From: Heterodontus francisci
Taxonomy: Eukaryota
NCBI RefSeq assembly: GCF_036365525.1
Contig: NC_090417.1
Span: 1,779,536 to 1,843,535 of the forward strand
Direction of reading: 5' to 3'
DNA: 64,000 nt
Below, one piece after another: positions 60,501 to 64,000 of this stretch. A program made the position numbers and the translations under genes. How positions within the stretch are numbered: position 1 is the first letter of the stretch; every line of letters starts with the position of its first letter. The notes under the pieces were generated by a model, which saw only the letters and a list, made by a program, of their open reading frames with translations, searched no databases and had not been told where the DNA came from.

Positions 60501-63060
60501 CTCTGGGTGAAGAGGTTTCTCCTGAAGATCCCTATTGGGTTTATTAGCGACTGTTTTATATTTCTGAACCTCACACCTCAGTTTACACCTGCTCACCGTT
60601 TAGGTCAGACCTCCCGCCTGCGTATAATGTATTTAAGCCTCTCTGTTGGTTGCTTGGTAATAATGCATGTTGTTTTGTAACCAAACAGAGGATCAAGTAC
60701 CCGGGTTCCTTCCCACTTTCGGACCGTGCTTTTTAAATCTCTACGGGAGTCCCAGGGAAGGCTTGGACGGTATCGACAAGTATGATGAGCTTAACCTCGG
60801 AAAGGTGTCTGACTTTATTTTTTATATATTGAGCAATATTAAAGAGGTTTCACGGCACCTAGCGTAGGCAACTTTAAAAACAGGGGAGAAGGCAAATTAA
60901 GCCAAGAGGTAGCGATTAGAATCATAGAATGTTAGAGCACAGAAGGTGCCATTCAGCCCATCGTGGCTGTGTAGGCTCTTTTGAAGAGTTATTCAATTAG
61001 TTCCACTCCCCCTGCTCCTTCCCCATAGTCCTGCAAATGATTTCTCTTTTAAGTATTTATCCAATTCCGAGTTTGCTACTTCCTCCTCCAGCAGGCAGTG
61101 CAATCCGGATTATCAGAACTCGCTGTGCAAAATAAAAAAAATAAAAGTCCTCCTCATCTCCCCACTGGCTTTTTTGTACATACGTTTGTCTCCCAATCTC
61201 CTTTGTCTGTAGGGAAACAAGTTCATCTCAGGTGGCAACCGCATGCTACAATACCTGGACAACTTTCAGGCTTGGGCTGGTAAGTGGCGAGCAACATTCT
61301 TGTCACACAAGTGCCAGGCAATGACCATCTCCAACAAGAGAGAATCTAACCATCTCCCCTTGGTGTTCAATGGCAGTATCATCGCTACATTTCCCCATCA
61401 TCAGCATCCTGGGGGTGACCATTGACCAGAAACTTAATTGGACCAGCCGCATAAATACTGTGACTACAAGAGCAGGTCAGAGGCTGGGAATTCTGTGGTG
61501 AGGAACTCACCCACTGACTCCCCAATGCCTGTCCACCATCTGACATGCCACGAGTCAGGAGTGTGATGGAATATTCTCCACTTGCCTGGATGAGTGCAGC
61601 TCTAACAACACTCAAGAAGCTCAACACCATCAAGGACAAAGCAGCCCGCTTGACTGGCACCCCATCCACCACCTTCAACATTCACTCCCTCCACCACCGA
61701 CGCACAGTGGCAACAGTGTGTACCATCTACAAGATGCACTGCAGCAGCTCAGCAAAGCTCCTTCAACAGCATCTTCCAAACCCACAACTTCTACCACCTA
61801 GAAGGACAAGGGCAGCAGAGCATGGGAACACCACCACCTGCAAGTTCCCCTCCAAGTCACACATCATCCTGATTTGGAACTATATCACCGTTCCTTCACT
61901 GTCACTGGGTCAAAATCCTGGAACTCCCTTCCTATCAGCACTGTGGGTGTACCTACACCACATGGACTGCAGCAGTTCAAGAAGGCAGCTCACCACCACC
62001 TTCTCAAGGGCAATTAGGAATGGGCAATAAATACTGGCCTTGCCAGCGATGCTCACTTCCCATGTACAAATCTTGAAAAATACAAAAGTCTTGGGTTTTT
62101 AAAATCTGTTAGCTTATACAAGGTGGTGGAAAGTGAGGAGATCCTGGGATGCACCCAAGAGTAGGAGATGAGCCTTCACTTCAGCAAGGTGAGGATACAG
62201 AGAAGAGGCAGAGCGTGGGAATTTTCTGCGTTTGGATGGTTAAGAGTAACGAGTGGGGAGTGCAGAGTACCAACGTGACCGAGAGAGGCTGGAGGTTAGC
62301 AGTGAAAGAGAGATTGCTGCCAGAAATGTTCCTTTCATCCTGTTTAGTACGAGGAGGTGCATACACAACTGTATTCAAACCTTTGGGCTGACGCTGGTGT
62401 GCCATAACAGTCAAAGTTATTGAGATAAGAGGTGAAGCGTTTCCAGGGGAGGAGATGTGGAAGGAGAGTCCATTTGAAGTCAGAGGGGACTGAGCCGAGT
62501 AATGGCAAGCAATGCCCAGAAGGAGTGGTATCTGGGGTTGAATGATTGTTGGGTTTTCCTGCTTGTTTATCCCATTTATTTTAAACAACAGGGGATCCAT
62601 CTCGAGAAAGTAAAAAGGCAGAAGGGCATATTTGGTTGAATAAACCTCCCGGCGGTTTGTGTTTCCAATTTCCTTCCTTCCTTACCCAAGGCGTTAATCC
62701 TTGTTGGAACAGAGTTCATTGGCACTAACCACCTTTTCAGTACCCAGATCAGGTTGTGATGCTTTGAGTCTCAGCATGGATCTAGCCATAGAAGGATTCA
62801 GTGACTAACTCTGCAACTTAACAGGCCATCCTTGGCCTTTGTTCTCCTTAATCGCGCAAAATGAAGTATTGAGTCGGGAGAGGGTGCAATCTGCCTCACT
62901 AACTCCGTATAAAATCTAATTACTCTCCTCACTCTCTTTCTCACAGAGCGAAGGAGTCTCATATCGAGGGCGGATCTTGATAGAGTTAGTCACAAGGATG
63001 GACGAAAATTTAGGAAAAAGCATTGACAATTTGTCCAGTGAGGATTGTTTGATGGTACAG
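36525..63060 (+). CDS. FER1L5: Type-I ferlin (probably FER1L5; myoferlin/dysferlin-like), 5' partial, 18 exons, 529 aa covering C2A, C2B, FerI and C2C; continues past the window
   Basis: join(36525..36597,39842..39897,41555..41646,42921..43029,43746..43809,44742..44896,45961..46089,46980..47042,48343..48393,50878..50908,51741..51856,53982..54105,55345..55448,56097..56165,56847..56890,58419..58495,60689..60804,62947..63060); all phases compatible. Ferlin motifs: [61 protein letters not shown]. Ferlin family is certain; the paralogue call rests on IFFQNFH and the ANKRD39 neighbourhood. Confidence 0.75.
36800..37930 (+). mobile_element. L2-type LINE fragments
   Basis: [29 protein letters not shown]...[17 protein letters not shown]. 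Related fragments at 23830-24760, 31900-32190(-), 43090-43550 and 52860-53850(-). Confidence 0.75.
37940..39050 (-). mobile_element. CR1 LINE 3' fragment
   Basis: 183-aa ORF with [22 protein letters not shown]...[29 protein letters not shown]. Confidence 0.88.
39058..39795. mobile_element. Inverted (tail-to-tail) pair of SINE family 2 copies
   Basis: + copy 39058-39360 and - copy 39440-39795. Confidence 0.7.
39842..39897 (+). CDS. Ferlin exon 2 (56 bp, GC donor)
   Basis: [18 protein letters not shown], resembling KKRTKVIKNSVNPVWNE; T-rich acceptor; donor AG|GCAAGT. Confidence 0.8.
40125..41478 (+). repeat. G-rich minisatellite, unit about 33 bp (GTGTGTAGTGTAGGGTGGCAGACGGAGGGAGGG), about 40 copies
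   Basis: Directly visible tandem array in ferlin intron 2, with variant units (GCACAGGG/GCAGACGG/GACAGACG; 36-bp AAGGTGAGT variants at the 3' end). Confidence 0.95.
41555..41646 (+). CDS. Ferlin exon 3
   Basis: [30 protein letters not shown]; 92 bp; TTTTAG acceptor, GTAAC donor. Confidence 0.8.
42337..42535 (+). mobile_element. V-SINE (HE1-like), 3'-truncated
   Basis: tRNA head and V-domain. Confidence 0.8.
42921..43029 (+). CDS. Ferlin exon 4
   Basis: [36 protein letters not shown]; TTCCAG acceptor, GTGAGG donor. Confidence 0.85.
43746..43809 (+). CDS. Ferlin exon 5
   Basis: [21 protein letters not shown]; TTACAG acceptor, GTAAGT donor. Confidence 0.8.
44742..44896 (+). CDS. Ferlin exon 6 (linker)
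   Basis: Ends [13 protein letters not shown]; CTCTCAG acceptor, GTAAAG donor. Confidence 0.85.
45961..46089 (+). CDS. Ferlin exon 7 (C2B)
   Basis: [43 protein letters not shown]; TTTTAG acceptor, GTAAGG donor. Confidence 0.93.
46980..47042 (+). CDS. Ferlin exon 8
   Basis: [21 protein letters not shown]; ACAG acceptor, GTAGG donor. Confidence 0.85.
48343..48393 (+). CDS. Ferlin exon 9
   Basis: [17 protein letters not shown]; AAAG acceptor, GTGAGT donor. Confidence 0.88.
48571..48922 (+). mobile_element. V-SINE (HE1-like), full length
   Basis: A-box/B-box head, V-domain, (TAAA)n tail. Confidence 0.85.
49030..49225 (-). mobile_element. Penelope-like terminus fragments (partial tandem)
   Basis: GAAATAAAAGCAGAAAATG occurs twice; GCAGGTCTGGCAGCGTCTGTGGAGAGAG matches the same family. 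Confidence 0.55.
49930..50520 (+). mobile_element. CR1 LINE 3' fragment
   Basis: MKGLSYEE...[22 protein letters not shown] and [22 protein letters not shown]. Similar fragments at 35200-35640, 50950-51720, 54340-54840 and 57500-58175(-). Confidence 0.8.
50878..50908 (+). CDS. Ferlin exon 10 (31 bp)
   Basis: [10 protein letters not shown]; CTTACAG acceptor, GTATGT donor. Confidence 0.85.
51741..51856 (+). CDS. Ferlin exon 11
   Basis: [38 protein letters not shown]; GACAG acceptor, GTGAGT donor. Confidence 0.92.
53427..53645 (-). mobile_element. Solo LTR (219 bp) inserted in an L2 LINE fragment
   Basis: TGTT...AACA termini, 5-bp TSD AAGGC (53422-53426 and 53646-53650), TATAAA then AATAAA on the minus strand. 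Confidence 0.75.
53982..54105 (+). CDS. Ferlin exon 12 (FerI / C2C start)
   Basis: [41 protein letters not shown]; CCAG acceptor, GTATGT donor. Confidence 0.92.
55345..55448 (+). CDS. Ferlin exon 13
   Basis: [34 protein letters not shown]; TTTCCAG acceptor, GTGAGT donor. Confidence 0.9.
56097..56165 (+). CDS. Ferlin exon 14
   Basis: [23 protein letters not shown]; TTGCAG acceptor, GTAAGT donor. Confidence 0.9.
56380..56503 (+). mobile_element. 124-bp hammerhead-bearing mini-retroelement (Penelope pLTR fragment or retrozyme-like) inserted in a CR1 remnant
   Basis: Flanked by 12-bp direct repeat GAGGTATTTTAA (56368-56379 and 56504-56515). Confidence 0.65.
56416..56451 (+). ncRNA. Minimal type-I hammerhead ribozyme motif
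   Basis: TTGTC-CTGATGA-GT GCAAG AT-GAAA-AGTT-TC-GACAA: both core boxes intact, perfect 5-bp stem I (TTGTC/GACAA), short stem II, UH cleavage site. Confidence 0.7.
56847..56890 (+). CDS. Ferlin exon 15
   Basis: [14 protein letters not shown]; CCACAG acceptor, GTAGGT donor. Confidence 0.88.
58419..58495 (+). CDS. Ferlin exon 16
   Basis: [25 protein letters not shown]; TTTCAG acceptor, GTAAGA donor. Confidence 0.88.
59748..60027 (+). mobile_element. V-SINE (HE1-like) with internal deletion
   Basis: V-domain and CR1-type tail. Confidence 0.8.
60689..60804 (+). CDS. Ferlin exon 17
   Basis: [38 protein letters not shown]; ACAG acceptor, GTGTCT donor. Confidence 0.92.
61240..62070 (+). mobile_element. 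CR1-group LINE 3' fragment, same family as 7205-7860
   Basis: [33 protein letters not shown]...[22 protein letters not shown]; tail AAGGGCAATTAGGAATGGGCAATAAAT. Confidence 0.8.
62947..63060 (+). CDS. Ferlin exon 18
   Basis: [38 protein letters not shown]; TCACAG acceptor, GTATGA donor. Confidence 0.9.
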
Positions 63061-63620
63061 GTATGAACGTGATAAACTCTCACTTTTCTGCACACACCAG
63101 AAAAGTCCATGGTTTGATTCCCAGTATCGGGAATTGTGGATTACTTGTCTGGTGTTTGAATGATCCAGTTCCTGTGATTGAAATGGAAATGGGTATTCGA
63201 TTAAATTGGACTGCTCTTAAATTGCGAATGGCAGCATATGATGTAAACAGCAGTAAGTTCCCACATTCAACAGGAAGATCCTTTTAAGTCTCATTTTGTT
63301 GGATGCCTCTGAAAGGAGAACACGAGGAATTCTGGATCTTGACTTGGCTGAACTGTTAGCTCCTGTGTTTGTGTAATCATGTGAGGCCCTTTCCATGGCT
63401 CTGCCCGCCCCCTCCTGTCATGCATCGAGGGTAGAGAGACAATAATTTCAGCCCATCACTCTAAACTGGATTTTATCACAGGTTCCAGAGCTAAATAAAG
63501 GAATCATAGAATGATACAGCATTTGGCTGATCATGCCTGGGCCGCCTCTTTGAAAGAGCTATCTAGTTAGTCCCACTTGCCTGCTCTTTCCCCATAGCCC
63601 TGCAAATTTCCCCTTTTCAA

Positions 63621-64000
63621 GGGGACACGATGGAGTAGTGGTAATCTCACTGAACTAGTATTTCAGCGGCCCAGGCCAACGCCTTGGGGACGCAAGTTCA
63701 AATCCCACCACTGCAGCTGGTGGAATTTAAATTCAATTAATAAATTCAATTAATTAATGACAATCTGGAATTGAAAGCTAGTCTCAGTAATGATGCCATA
63801 AAACTATCATCAATTGTTGTAAAAATAAATCCCATCTGGTTCACCGATGTCCTTCAGGAAAGGAAATCTGCCAGCCTTACCCGGTCTGGCCGACATGTGA
63901 CTCCAGACCCACAGCAATGTGGTTGACTCTTAACTGCCCTCTGAAATGGCCTCGCAAGCCACTCAGTTGTCGAGGGCAAGTATGCTTGGGCAACAAATGC
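63621..64000 (+). mobile_element. SINE family 2 (MetaSINE-like)
   Basis: tRNA-like head, core and tail reaching the window end. Confidence 0.7.

Overview
Repeat-rich vertebrate genomic DNA, most likely a shark or ray judging by its V-SINE/HE1-like, Deu-domain SINE, CR1 and Penelope repeats. It is not prokaryotic, so most of the supplied ORF track is spurious or transposon-derived. Three spliced + strand genes were reconstructed by hand with consistent splice phases. (1) A C2orf42 orthologue: 7 coding exons, 4217-20146, 539 aa, with a ZNF143/YY1/NF-Y promoter at about 860-1440. (2) ANKRD39: 4 coding exons, 28219-34790, 188 aa. (3) The first 18 coding exons (36525-63060, 529 aa, continuing past the window) of a type-I ferlin, probably FER1L5, with a GC-AG intron and C2A/C2C loops that have lost their acidic Ca2+-binding residues. 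The introns are layered with SINEs and CR1/L2/RTE LINE fragments. The most unusual signals are: a 124-bp TSD-flanked mini-element carrying a minimal hammerhead ribozyme on the ferlin sense strand (56380-56503); further decayed Penelope-associated hammerheads; a 219-bp solo LTR with a 5-bp TSD; a 1.35-kb G-rich 33-bp minisatellite; inverted repeat pairs next to exons; and a tandem CLEAR/M-box cluster in the ferlin promoter. Homologue comparisons are from memory of the human proteins; no database search was run.
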